From IMG/VR virus record IMGVR_UViG_3300037722_000592, positions 1 to 53,948 of that record: a DNA stretch of 53,948 nt; one strand, written 5' to 3'. The position numbers and the translations under genes are program-made. Shown piece after piece: positions 1 to 9,809 of the stretch. Under the pieces are notes generated by a model, which had not been told where the DNA came from, searched no databases, and saw nothing but the letters and a program-made list of their open reading frames with translations. This DNA is from a virus (taxonomy: Duplodnaviria > Caudoviricetes). How positions within the stretch are numbered: position 1 is the first letter of the stretch; the number at the start of each line of letters is the position of its first letter.

Positions 1-29
1 GTTCCTACGGATAATGGGGGCGTAAATGT

Positions 30-38
30 TGCTACTAT
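30..38 (+). promoter_or_regulatory. Candidate extended -10 element (TGcTACTAT) of the late/packaging promoter
   Basis: TG-n-TACTAT at 30-38, ~70 nt upstream of the terS ATG; no clear -35. Confidence 0.4.
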
Positions 39-75
39 CCGAACAAACCATAAATTGGCCCAAGGTGCTCCGTGC

Positions 76-93
76 AGCCCTCGGGCTTTTTTT
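76..93 (+). terminator. Short intrinsic terminator-like hairpin upstream of terS
   Basis: AGCC-ctcg-GGCT followed by a T run. Confidence 0.5.
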
Positions 94-107
94 GTGCGAG
101 AACTGAT

Positions 108-776
108 ATGAGTGGTGCGCAACAAAGTACGCAAACCACCGGTACGCAACCCAGTGAAATCGATTGGGAGGCGATGGAACCGGAGTATCTCCGCAACATC
201 AAATCGCTCCGGCAACTAGCCGGTGAGTACGGGTGTAGTGACGGTGCTATCCGTAAGCATTTCAATAAGTTGGGCATCAAGCGCGACCCCAAAAAAAAGG
301 TCCGGGCAAAAGCCGAGCAAAAGGTACGCAGAGAAGAGGCGGTTCGCGCGGACAAGCGCAGAAAGCATCATTCTGACCGGAACGATATCGAAGTAGCGGC
401 AACGGTTCAGGCCGATGCGATCATGCGCCATCGGCATGGCGTTCGGGAGAGAATGCGGTTGGCGGACAAAATATTCCACCAGATCAATGATCTGGTCAGT
501 GATAAAACGCTTTTACCCCGCATCCTCGAAGCCCTGGAAAATAACGAGGCCAAGGCCTATGCCAAGCTGCTGGACAGAGTCTCTTCCCTGCCGGAAGCGG
601 TCAAGATGTTCGATAAGATGATGCAGTCCTATCGTGTCGGTGTGACCATGGAGCGAGAAGCGCTGGGGATCACTGACGAAGAGGGCGCCGAAAACCCGCT
701 GACCGTGTTCCTGACGAGTCTCAGCGGTAAAGCGCTGGTCCCGAAGACCGCGCAGCAAGACGAGGCCGACCAGTGA
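108..776 (+). CDS. terS: Terminase small subunit
   Basis: N-terminal HTH-like segment (IDWEAMEPEY...SLRQLAGEYGCSDGAIRKH); stop overlaps terL start; ATG108 preferred over GTG72. Confidence 0.75.
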   Translation: MSGAQQSTQTTGTQPSEIDWEAMEPEYLRNIKSLRQLAGEYGCSDGAIRKHFNKLGIKRDPKKKVRAKAEQKVRREEAVRADKRRKHHSDRNDIEVAATVQADAIMRHRHGVRERMRLADKIFHQINDLVSDKTLLPRILEALENNEAKAYAKLLDRVSSLPEAVKMFDKMMQSYRVGVTMEREALGITDEEGAENPLTVFLTSLSGKALVPKTAQQDEADQ

Positions 777-2368
777 GCGCGGCAAGCGTCCAGATTGTGC
801 GCGACCTGTCCGACCCGCTCTGGCGCCTTGCCAATCTGTACAAGATCATCACGAAGGATGAGCACGAAGACGCCGCCGGCAACATGAGCAAGGTGGTCCA
901 GTTTGTTCCGAACTGGGCGCAGGCCGATTTCAACGGCGCCATCCATTTCCGCAACCTGATCCTGAAGGCCCGGCAGCTGGGGTTTACAACCGACATCACC
1001 ATTATCTGGCTCGACCATGCCCTTTTTGTCGCAAACCAGCGCTGCGGGATCATCGCCCATGAGGCGGAGGCCGCCGAGGTGATTTTCCGCGACAAAGTGC
1101 GTTTTGCCTACGACAATTTGGACCGGACGTTGCGCGACGCGATGCCTCTCAAAAAACAGACCCAGAAAGAGCTGGTGTTTGGCCACAACAACTCGGGGAT
1201 CCGGGTAGCGACGTCAATGCGGTCTGGGACCATCGACCGCCTGCACATCAGCGAGTTCGGGAAGATCTGCAAGAAATACCCGGAAAAGGCTGTGGAGATC
1301 ATGACCGGCTCTATCCCGGCCGTACCGCTGGAAACCGGGATCCTGATCATCGAATCGACGGCGGAAGGGGACGAGGGTGATTTTTACAACCTGGTCAAGA
1401 GAGCGATGGACCAGAAAAAGCCGGATGAAGCCCTGACCAAGCGGGATTATAAACTGCATTTCTACCCCTGGTGGTCGGAGCCGACATACCGGATGCCGGC
1501 GCACAACGTGAGTATCACGTTTAAAGACCACGGTTATTTTGACGCGGTTGAGGGCGAAGCGGACACTGTTCTGGATATGGAACAGCGGGCTTGGTATGTC
1601 GCCACCCGGGACGCCGACTATCCGGACAATCCCGAGCGGATGTGGCAGGAATACCCCAGCACCGAGACCGAGGCGTTCCAGACCTCGTTTGATGGGAAAT
1701 ATTACGCCAAGCAAATTGCGACGATGCGGAAAGACGGCCGGGTCCTTGATATCCCGGTCCTCGATGTCCCGGTTAACACGTTTTGGGATATCGGGAACTC
1801 CGACGGCTGCGCAATCTGGTTTCATCAGCAGATCGGCATGGAAGATCGGTTCATCAACTACTATGAAGCCCACGGCGAAGACCTGCGCGAGTATGTCAAG
1901 CAGCTGAAGAAGACCGGGTTCCTGTTCAATAAACATTTCCTCCCGCACGACGCGGATCACCACCGGCTGTCCGACGATAACCGATCAACCGAGGAGATGT
2001 TGAACGACCTGGGTGTCACCGACACCGAGATCGTGCCCCGGATCGACAACCTGAATAACGGGATTTTATTGGTCCGCAAGCATCTAAAGAGCTGCTTTTT
2101 TGATAAAACCGGCTGCGACACCGAGCGGGAAGGGGACGGCGAGGGGCAACGGCCCGGCCTGGTCCGGCTGGCCAACTATAAAAAGACCTGGAACCCGCGC
2201 GACGGCCGCTGGCGCGAAGACCTGCCGAACAAACAGGATGGAAACAGCGAGGGAGCCGACGCCTTCCGGCAGTTCGCCCAGGCAAAAGAGGAAGGTTTGA
2301 TTACGATCAAGGGCAAAGCGGCTACCCGCCGGGGCACACGCGCCCCCGTGGATTGGAGAACGGGATGA
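773..2368 (+). CDS. terL: Terminase large subunit
   Basis: Walker A-like LKARQLGFTT, Walker B LHISE, coupling motif ESTAEG, nuclease WDIG and C-terminal GADAFR. Confidence 0.95.
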   Translation: MSAASVQIVRDLSDPLWRLANLYKIITKDEHEDAAGNMSKVVQFVPNWAQADFNGAIHFRNLILKARQLGFTTDITIIWLDHALFVANQRCGIIAHEAEAAEVIFRDKVRFAYDNLDRTLRDAMPLKKQTQKELVFGHNNSGIRVATSMRSGTIDRLHISEFGKICKKYPEKAVEIMTGSIPAVPLETGILIIESTAEGDEGDFYNLVKRAMDQKKPDEALTKRDYKLHFYPWWSEPTYRMPAHNVSITFKDHGYFDAVEGEADTVLDMEQRAWYVATRDADYPDNPERMWQEYPSTETEAFQTSFDGKYYAKQIATMRKDGRVLDIPVLDVPVNTFWDIGNSDGCAIWFHQQIGMEDRFINYYEAHGEDLREYVKQLKKTGFLFNKHFLPHDADHHRLSDDNRSTEEMLNDLGVTDTEIVPRIDNLNNGILLVRKHLKSCFFDKTGCDTEREGDGEGQRPGLVRLANYKKTWNPRDGRWREDLPNKQDGNSEGADAFRQFAQAKEEGLITIKGKAATRRGTRAPVDWRTG

Positions 2369-4524
2369 TCGAAGAAGTGCAGTTGATGGTCAGCCAGGAA
2401 GGGAAGGACGGCGGGAAGGACGGCGGCCTCGATCTCTACACCTTCACCCGACATCTGGACGAAATTAAGGAGCAGCCGCCGTTCCGCGCCAGAGCGGACC
2501 GGGAGATGGACTACTATGACGGCAACCAGCTGGATGCGGAAATCCTCCAGAAGCAGAGAGAGAAGGGGATCCCGCCTGCGGTAGAACCAATCATTGGGCC
2601 TACGATTGACAGTGTGTTGGGGTTAGAAGTCAAGACCAGGGCCGACTGGCGGGTTACCGCAATCGGGGGCCGGGACGGCGCCGACGATGTAGCGGAAGCC
2701 CTCAACGAAAAACTGAATTTGGCGGAAAAGGAAAGCCGGGCGGACCGGGCCTGCAGCGACGCATTTAAAACCCAGATCTGTGTCGGTATCGGCTGGGTGG
2801 AAGTGTCCCGCGAGCCAGACCCGTTTAAATTCCCGTACCGATGCAAAAGTGTCCATCGCAATGAAATATGGTGGGATTGGTCCTCGCGGGAGTCGGATCT
2901 GTCCGACGCACGGTACCTGATCAGACGGCGCTGGATGGATCGGGATATAGCGGTTTTGCTGTTTCCGCAGCACAGGGACCTGATAGAGCGCACGGTCTCG
3001 GGCTGGAACGGCTTCGACTTTGAAAGCCTCTCGCTGGATGGCGGGGATATGACCGGTCTGGCGATGCGGATGCACGAAGAACGCGGTTGGTCAATCGAGG
3101 AACAGGAATGGCGCGACATTACTAATCGCCGAGTCTGTATTTTCGAGGTCTGGTACCGGAGCTGGGAGCGGGTGCTGGTTATCCGGACCCCGGACGGCCG
3201 CATTGTGGAATACGACAACGACAATATGATGCATGTCGCCGCCGTGGTGCGGGGCGGGATCCAACCGGAACAGGCTATCGTCAGCAGGATGAACCGGGCC
3301 TACTACCTCGGCCCCCACAAACTACACGATGGCCCGTCACCCTACAGCCACAACAAATTCCCGTATGTGCCCTTTTTCGGCAAACTGGAAGACCGGACCC
3401 GGGTTCCCTACGCACTGATCCGGGGCATGATGTTTCTCCAGGACGAGGTTAATGCCCGGATCAGTAAAATGCACTGGGGCCTGGCCGCCACCCGGACAAT
3501 CAGAACGGATGGCGTGTATTTAGGCACTGACGAACAGCTACACGGCGAAGCTGGCCGGCTCGATGCCGATATCGTACTCGATCCGAAAGCAATGGCGAAG
3601 CAGGGAGCGATGTTCGAGATCGAGCGTGATTTCGAACTGAACGACCAGCAAGCAGCCCGCCTGATTGATGCGCGGGAGGGGATCCCGCGCTCAGCCGGAG
3701 TTACGGCTGCGTTTAAGGGCGAGAAGGAAGGGGATGTGTCAGGTGTGGCGTTTGACGGCTTGGTGTCACAGTCTACCCAGGCCCTGGCGGAGATCTACGA
3801 CAATTTCAAGGATGGCCGCGAGCAGGTCGGCGATTTGCTCGTCTCGATGATTGTCGAGGATATGGGCTCAGCCGAAGAGAAGGTTTTTATCCCCGGCAAC
3901 GGAGTGAAAGATGACCGGGCCGTGACGCTGAATGCCCCGACGTTCGATGAAAAGCTGGGGATTAAGTATCTGAACAACGACGTCCAGCGCACAAAACTAA
4001 AGGTCACGTTGTCCGATGTTGTGTCGACCGCCTCATTCCGAGCCCAACAACTGAACGCGCTGAGTGAGGCGGTAAAGGGTATGCCGGCTCAGTACCAGGC
4101 GATCATGCTGCCGCATATGTTCACGTTGATGGATATCCCCGATAAAAAGGAGATCATCCAAGCGATCAAGCAGGCAAACAGCCAGTACACCCCGGAACAG
4201 GTCGACAAAAAAGTCAAGGAGGCGGTGGTAAAAGCCCTGAAAGATGCGGGCGCCGAAGAAAAGCGGATCGCTGCCACGGCCGACGCACGGTACAAGGACG
4301 CGCAAACGGCCGGGAAAACCCTGGAGACGTTCCTCAAAGCCTTGGAAACTGCGGGGTTTGTGATCCAGTCGCCTGAGCAAATCGCCGTGGCGGATAATTT
4401 AATCGAGACGGCGCACAGTGTCGTGGCTCCGCCCCCCGCGCCGCCACAGGAAACAATTACTGGGATACCCGGGACCGGGCAGGTTGCGGATATGCCGGGA
4501 CCCGAAGGCGTCATCGAACAATAG
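2365..4524 (+). CDS. Portal protein (P22-like)
   Basis: ~720 aa directly after terL (ATGA overlap, GGAG RBS); DYYDGNQ, GIGWVEV, FPYVPF, QDEVN motifs typical of podoviral portals. Confidence 0.9.
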   Translation: MIEEVQLMVSQEGKDGGKDGGLDLYTFTRHLDEIKEQPPFRARADREMDYYDGNQLDAEILQKQREKGIPPAVEPIIGPTIDSVLGLEVKTRADWRVTAIGGRDGADDVAEALNEKLNLAEKESRADRACSDAFKTQICVGIGWVEVSREPDPFKFPYRCKSVHRNEIWWDWSSRESDLSDARYLIRRRWMDRDIAVLLFPQHRDLIERTVSGWNGFDFESLSLDGGDMTGLAMRMHEERGWSIEEQEWRDITNRRVCIFEVWYRSWERVLVIRTPDGRIVEYDNDNMMHVAAVVRGGIQPEQAIVSRMNRAYYLGPHKLHDGPSPYSHNKFPYVPFFGKLEDRTRVPYALIRGMMFLQDEVNARISKMHWGLAATRTIRTDGVYLGTDEQLHGEAGRLDADIVLDPKAMAKQGAMFEIERDFELNDQQAARLIDAREGIPRSAGVTAAFKGEKEGDVSGVAFDGLVSQSTQALAEIYDNFKDGREQVGDLLVSMIVEDMGSAEEKVFIPGNGVKDDRAVTLNAPTFDEKLGIKYLNNDVQRTKLKVTLSDVVSTASFRAQQLNALSEAVKGMPAQYQAIMLPHMFTLMDIPDKKEIIQAIKQANSQYTPEQVDKKVKEAVVKALKDAGAEEKRIAATADARYKDAQTAGKTLETFLKALETAGFVIQSPEQIAVADNLIETAHSVVAPPPAPPQETITGIPGTGQVADMPGPEGVIEQ

Positions 4525-4542
4525 AATCTAACGGAGAAGACC

Positions 4543-5148
4543 ATGCGAAAACGTGAATTGATTAAAAAAGGATATGACATGGTGGTTGCAAGCCTGACCG
4601 GACATGCTGCGAACGTAACCGGGGCAGCATGGACGGTCGCCACCAATCAGGCGGGAGATGGCCTGGCTCACCAGGTTACAATCAGAAACGATGCGGCTAC
4701 CGACCATTCCGGGAAGACCATTGCACTGACCGGCACGGACGCCAACGGCAACGCTCAAACCGAGACCGTGACCGGCCCCGAAGGATCAGCCACCGTTACC
4801 AGTACCAAGTTTTTTCTGAAACTGTTGACAGCAACGCCGTCGGCGACCATCGGCGCCGACACCATGGATATAGGCTGGCTCGCCGCCGGTGTTTCGCCGT
4901 GGTTTGAAATGCCGTGGCTCCAGTCGCCTCTTGACCCGGTAGCCGTTGCAGCCCACATCGCCAATACCATTGATTTTGATATCGAGCATACCTACGACGA
5001 TATGAATGCTGACGCAGTGGCGTTCAAGAATGCGTCGGCGACGGGCAAGACGGCGGATGTTGAGGTGGTTTACACCGCTCCGCCCCGGGCCGTTCGGGTG
5101 AATGTAAACAGTCACACGGACGGCGAAGTGACGTTGTATGTATTGTAG
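4543..5148 (+). CDS. Hypothetical virion protein (Thr/Ala-rich, beta-rich)
   Basis: GGAG RBS, position between portal and scaffold. Confidence 0.6.
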   Translation: MRKRELIKKGYDMVVASLTGHAANVTGAAWTVATNQAGDGLAHQVTIRNDAATDHSGKTIALTGTDANGNAQTETVTGPEGSATVTSTKFFLKLLTATPSATIGADTMDIGWLAAGVSPWFEMPWLQSPLDPVAVAAHIANTIDFDIEHTYDDMNADAVAFKNASATGKTADVEVVYTAPPRAVRVNVNSHTDGEVTLYVL

Positions 5149-5257
5149 TTTTGAAAACCTGGTCGGCAATCAGTCCGCCGCCCTTTTTTGTAGTTAATCC
5201 ATACCGCGTCGCGGCGATAAGCGGGGCAGCCAGTCGCTGCCATGGAGGTAGTAGAAG

Positions 5258-6295
5258 ATGGATCCAGTGAAAAACGAAGAGTATTTCATGGCAAACCTCG
5301 AAGAGTGGGGAAACCTGACCGACGAGCAGCGGAGTTCTATTCTTACCGGGGGGTTCGAAACCCTTGAGGCCGATAATCTGGAGAAGCTGGAAGGTGAAGA
5401 TGTCCACGCCGCAGCGTTACCGGATAACAGCGACGCGGCCGACGCTGACGGTGGAGAAGGCGATGAAGTTGGCGAAGGGCAGGGCGAGCCCGAGGGCGTC
5501 CTGGCTAAAGACGGTAAGAATATCATCCCGTTTGCGGAGCTGGAAAATACCAGGACCGAGCGGGATAAGTTTAAAGCCGATTTGGAAGCGCTCCGTGGGC
5601 AATTCACGGAAAACCAGGCAGCCATGACGGAATTGCAAGCCAACCTGGAAGCGGCGAAGCAGGCTGATCAGGATGCGGGCGGCGGCACCGAGGAGCAGGA
5701 AAAAATCCTTGAAGATTTCAAGGAGGATTACCCGCACATTGCCGAAGCCACCGAGGCCTTGTTCAACGGCAAGATGAAAACCCTTGAGGGCAGGATTAAT
5801 GCGTTAAGCGAACAACTTAACAACGATATCAAGCCCCTAAGGGAAAGGTCAGAGCGGAACGCTAACGATGAGCATGCCAACGCGATCAGGGAGGCACACA
5901 GCGATTACGCGCAGATAGCCAGCAGCGGGAAGCTGGCTGAATGGATCCAAGCACAACCGTCGTTCTTACAAGGGCGCTTCTTTGAGATCACCAAAACCGG
6001 TTCCACTGCGGAAGTGATCGAATTGTTCGACGCCTACAAGAAGGACAACCCTACCGCCGATGTGAGCGGCGACTTCGATGCCGCTACGGACAAAGCCAAG
6101 GCCGACGCCGCCGCCAAAGCCGCAACGGCAAGAGGGGAGGGAAAACCGCCAGTGAGTCTCAGCGACGCCGCTGGCGGGAAGCCGCATTCGGACGAAGGCG
6201 AGCGGTTGCGTTCGATGAATGGCGGGCAGCTGCTTTCGCAGTTTGAAGGCAAAACCCCCGATGAAATCGAGGCGATTATGTCGCGCATCGTCTAA
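5258..6295 (+). CDS. Capsid scaffolding protein
   Basis: Acidic coiled-coil protein immediately before the capsid gene; GGAGG RBS. Confidence 0.75.
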   Translation: MDPVKNEEYFMANLEEWGNLTDEQRSSILTGGFETLEADNLEKLEGEDVHAAALPDNSDAADADGGEGDEVGEGQGEPEGVLAKDGKNIIPFAELENTRTERDKFKADLEALRGQFTENQAAMTELQANLEAAKQADQDAGGGTEEQEKILEDFKEDYPHIAEATEALFNGKMKTLEGRINALSEQLNNDIKPLRERSERNANDEHANAIREAHSDYAQIASSGKLAEWIQAQPSFLQGRFFEITKTGSTAEVIELFDAYKKDNPTADVSGDFDAATDKAKADAAAKAATARGEGKPPVSLSDAAGGKPHSDEGERLRSMNGGQLLSQFEGKTPDEIEAIMSRIV

Positions 6296-6353
6296 ACCAA
6301 TTAACCGAGCCTGTCATTAGCCAGGCCTATTTATAAAAAGGAGTACCTGAAAA

Positions 6354-7631
6354 ATGGGACAGACACAAATTGCATACGGCGACCCCCAGGCCGTTCAGAT
6401 CCAGTCGGCGGGGCTTTTTACTGCTAACCAGCAGCGCCTGACGATGATGAACCGACTGACCGGGAAGCTGCCGCAACAGAAAGACGCAGAGGCCAAGCTT
6501 CGTAGCCAGTCCAAAAACGAAATGCCGATTGTCCGCTGCATGGATCTAACCAAGACCGCCGGCGACGAGGTGAATTTCGACCTGATCAACCCGATTGGCG
6601 GCAAGCCGATCATGGGCGAGAAGACTGCGGAAGGGATGGGTGATGCGATGAGCTGGTCGCAAGATTCCCTGCGGATCAACCAGACCCGTAAGCCGATCTC
6701 AGCCGGCGGTAAAATGACCCAGCAGCGGACCCCGCACCAACTCCGCAGCCTGGCCCGGAGTCTGGGCCAGAACTACATGGACCGCCTGGAAGATCAGCTT
6801 TGCCTGGTCCATATCGCCGGCGCCCGGGGCTTCGCCAACGATATTGAGTGGGCCGTCCCCTTGGCGTCCGATGCCGATTTCAGCGAGATCGTGGTCAACT
6901 CGGTGAAGGCGCCGACCAAAAACCGCCATTTCATGTCAACCGGGACGGGAATCGAAGGGATCAAGGCCGGCAGCAACGAAATTACCATCGCCACCACCGA
7001 CGTGATGAACGCTGATCTGGTCGATGCGCTGCGGACCAAGCTGGACGGAATGCCGTTGCCTCCGCCCCCAGTTAAGTTCCCGAACGATCAGGCCGCCAAC
7101 GATGCGCCCCTGCGGGTATTGCTGGTGTCGAGCGAGCAGTACACCAGCCTGGTTCAGTCCACCAACTTCCGGACCTACCAGTCCAACGCCATGGCGCGGG
7201 CCTCGATGGCCAAAAACAGCCCGCTGTTCATGGGCGAGGCCGGTCTCTGGAACGGGATTCTGATCGTCAAGATGCCGAAGCCGATCCGCTTCTTTGCCGG
7301 CGACTCGCTCAGATGGTGCGCCTCGGCAACCAGCGAGACCGAAACCGCTACCGATCTGGTCCCGTCCGGCTTCAGCACCACCCATGCAGTTGACCGGGCA
7401 CTTTTGCTCGGCGGGCAGGCGCTGGCTGAGGCCTACGGCAAGAACGTCAAGACCGGTAACCCCTATTTCTGGTCGGAAAAAGAGCTGGACCACGGCGATA
7501 AGCTGGAAGTCCTGATCGGGATGATCGCCGGCAAGAGTAAAATCCGGTTCCTGATCGACCACGGACCCCAGAAGGAATACACCGACTACGGCGTGATGGC
7601 GATTGACACCGCCGTCAAACTGTCGGCGTAA
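6354..7631 (+). CDS. Major capsid protein, N4-gp56/DUF4043 type
   Basis: 425 aa; DLTKTAGDEVNFDL, INQTRKPI, MTQQRT, GLWNGILI, RALLLGGQAL motifs; AAGGAG RBS. Confidence 0.9.
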   Translation: MGQTQIAYGDPQAVQIQSAGLFTANQQRLTMMNRLTGKLPQQKDAEAKLRSQSKNEMPIVRCMDLTKTAGDEVNFDLINPIGGKPIMGEKTAEGMGDAMSWSQDSLRINQTRKPISAGGKMTQQRTPHQLRSLARSLGQNYMDRLEDQLCLVHIAGARGFANDIEWAVPLASDADFSEIVVNSVKAPTKNRHFMSTGTGIEGIKAGSNEITIATTDVMNADLVDALRTKLDGMPLPPPPVKFPNDQAANDAPLRVLLVSSEQYTSLVQSTNFRTYQSNAMARASMAKNSPLFMGEAGLWNGILIVKMPKPIRFFAGDSLRWCASATSETETATDLVPSGFSTTHAVDRALLLGGQALAEAYGKNVKTGNPYFWSEKELDHGDKLEVLIGMIAGKSKIRFLIDHGPQKEYTDYGVMAIDTAVKLSA

Positions 7632-7665
7632 GCCAGCCAGGGTAACAACGGCATAAACCAATAAT

Positions 7666-7691
7666 GCGGCCGGGCTCCTTGGCCCGGCCGC
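7666..7691 (+). other. Perfect 10-bp GC hairpin after capsid gene (mRNA stabiliser or weak terminator)
   Basis: GCGGCCGGGC-tccttg-GCCCGGCCGC. Confidence 0.6.
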
Positions 7692-7713
7692 CCTTGAACA
7701 AGGAGATCCAGAG

Positions 7714-8184
7714 ATGAAGAAAGATTATGTTGATACGATCGCCCAATTTGGCGGCGTTGCCTACGGGAATAAAAGCTATCTGCGGTCGCGGTTCGCGACC
7801 AACGCTAGCGGCATTATGGTTGATAGCGATCTGGCGACTGCGGTGGTAGACACTACCGTCGTGAAGCTGCTCAAGCTGCCGGCCGGGATGGAGTTGATTG
7901 ATTTTCAGATGAAGATCTCGGACGCTTTCACTGCCGCCACTACCGCCAAGTTCGGGTTCGAGTACTGTGATGGCGTCGACGTCACCGCCGTGCCCGAGGA
8001 TGACGATTATTTCATGGCTGCCACGACCACCGCAGCGCTCGGTCTTTCCCGGATGGTACTGGGGAGCGCTCCGGTAGTTCTGCCCAAGGATGCCTACCTG
8101 ATCATGACGGTAGGTGGCGCGGACCATGCGTCCGTCGGTGTCATGGATGTGGTTGTTGAAGGAATCCTTCGCGGCCCCAAATAA
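7714..8184 (+). CDS. Capsid-associated (decoration/cement-like) protein
   Basis: AAGGAG RBS; small beta-rich protein after the capsid gene. Confidence 0.6.
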   Translation: MKKDYVDTIAQFGGVAYGNKSYLRSRFATNASGIMVDSDLATAVVDTTVVKLLKLPAGMELIDFQMKISDAFTAATTAKFGFEYCDGVDVTAVPEDDDYFMAATTTAALGLSRMVLGSAPVVLPKDAYLIMTVGGADHASVGVMDVVVEGILRGPK

Positions 8185-8186
8185 AC

Positions 8187-8256
8187 CGTAACGGCGGGGT
8201 GACCGCCGTTACGAACGACCGATGGCGGGCCGGGTGATCATGCCCGGCCCGCCATC
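8187..8256 (+). other. Two tandem perfect hairpins (11-bp and 14-bp stems)
   Basis: CGTAACGGCGG/CCGCCGTTACG (8187-8213) and GATGGCGGGCCGGG/CCCGGCCCGCCATC (8221-8256). Confidence 0.7.
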
Positions 8257-8271
8257 CTGGAGGAAGAGATA

Positions 8272-9114
8272 ATGGTTGGAAGATTGTTGATTGCGATGGT
8301 GGCACATGCAGTAATTCGCGCATATCGGTTGGCTACGGGCATCCCTGGCGACATGGGCGGCCCGCCTTTCCAGGCCTGGCAAGAAACCCCGCAAGAGTAC
8401 AAGGACCAGGTTGTCGCAGGCGTAGAGCAATATCTGGGGAACCCGAAGGCCAGCGCCAGGGATCTGCATGAAGAATGGGTCGCCAGCAAGAGATTGGAAG
8501 GATGGATTCACGGCGAGGTTCTTGACGAGGAGCTGAAACTCCATCCTCTCATGGTGCCATACGCCAGCTTGCCCGAAGAGACAAGGACCAAAGACCAGCT
8601 TTTCCAGGCGACGGTTTTGGCGATGGCAGAGCTGCCGGAGCAAAGCGCCAAGGTTGTTGACAGCAGCGTGGTCCCGGTCAAATACATCGGCCAGCGCCTG
8701 CGGTATACGGACGGTCTCTATAAAACCGGGCTGACCTGGGAGAAAGGCCAGACCTTGCCGGTTCCAAAAGCCAAGGCGGCGCAACTTCTCAATCACCCCG
8801 ACCAGTATGTCTTGGGAGATATGGCGGAAATGCCGACTGATACGGCCACCAGCCGCCAGACCGCGGGCGATGATATCCCGCTGCAGCACGAAGAGCCCGC
8901 ACTGTCCGAAAAGGAACAGAGCGAGCAAGACGAGATGGACGCCGACCGGCTTACCGATGCCGAGCAGTCTGTTCGGAATATGACCGATACCGCGACCGTG
9001 CGGGACTTCGTTTTTAAGAACTTTTCCGGCCAGAAGATGTCTCACAACATCGGCATTGAAAAAGCCAAGGAGAAAGCCATTAATCTGATCCACCAATTCG
9101 GGATCCCGGGTTAA
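8272..9114 (+). CDS. RyR-domain-containing phage protein
   Basis: HEEWVASKRLEGWIHGEVLDEELKLHPLMVPYASLPEETRTKD fits the RyR repeat consensus; GGAGG RBS. Confidence 0.75.
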   Translation: MVGRLLIAMVAHAVIRAYRLATGIPGDMGGPPFQAWQETPQEYKDQVVAGVEQYLGNPKASARDLHEEWVASKRLEGWIHGEVLDEELKLHPLMVPYASLPEETRTKDQLFQATVLAMAELPEQSAKVVDSSVVPVKYIGQRLRYTDGLYKTGLTWEKGQTLPVPKAKAAQLLNHPDQYVLGDMAEMPTDTATSRQTAGDDIPLQHEEPALSEKEQSEQDEMDADRLTDAEQSVRNMTDTATVRDFVFKNFSGQKMSHNIGIEKAKEKAINLIHQFGIPG

Positions 9115-9117
9115 GAC

Positions 9118-9807
9118 ATGCGCTACGGCAAACTCAGAACAACAGTCGCCGAATGGCTGGATAAGTCTAATCTGGACCACATGATCCCAACCTTTATCCG
9201 GTTCGGCCAGAATCTGCTGGAAGCTGAAATGAGGCTGGAATCCATGATTGCCACCCAGAACATAGCCCTGGCTATCGGGGCGCAGTCGTTCCTGGAGCCG
9301 AGCCTATTCTTGGAGCTTGATACCGTGCGGCTGATGTCGGCCGACGACAGCCATGTCAAATATAAACCGATGACCAAAAGGGAATGGCGATTCTTTGTGG
9401 AAAACCACCTGCCGAGCGTGGATCCCGGCCTGCCGGAATATTACGCCAGGGCGAATGTGGTGGAAACGACTGACGTGTCTCTGCCTGATACTGGAATCAC
9501 GGCCCTGACGGCCAGGTCGTTTGTTTTTGACCGGCCGGCAGATGTGGCCTATATCCTGGAATATTCGTTTTACCGGAAAGAGGCCGAACTGGTAGCGGAC
9601 AGTGATACCAATTGGTGGCTGACCAACGCCGAAGAGGCTCTACTGTACGCCGCCATGGCGAAGGCCGCCGTCTATTTGGCCGACGACGATCCGCGTATTA
9701 AAACCTGGCTGACCGGGTATGAGCTGGCCAAGGAAGCGCTGGTTTCCAACGACCGCAAAGCAAGGCGCGGGGGCAGTAAGCCCAGCGTAAATAGACCAGG
9801 GGATTAA
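9118..9807 (+). CDS. Head-tail adaptor protein
   Basis: Position; Y..L...VAEWL, IP.FI, G.P.YY and TNWWLT..E.ALLYA motifs. Confidence 0.7.
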   Translation: MRYGKLRTTVAEWLDKSNLDHMIPTFIRFGQNLLEAEMRLESMIATQNIALAIGAQSFLEPSLFLELDTVRLMSADDSHVKYKPMTKREWRFFVENHLPSVDPGLPEYYARANVVETTDVSLPDTGITALTARSFVFDRPADVAYILEYSFYRKEAELVADSDTNWWLTNAEEALLYAAMAKAAVYLADDDPRIKTWLTGYELAKEALVSNDRKARRGGSKPSVNRPGD

Positions 9808-9809
9808 TA

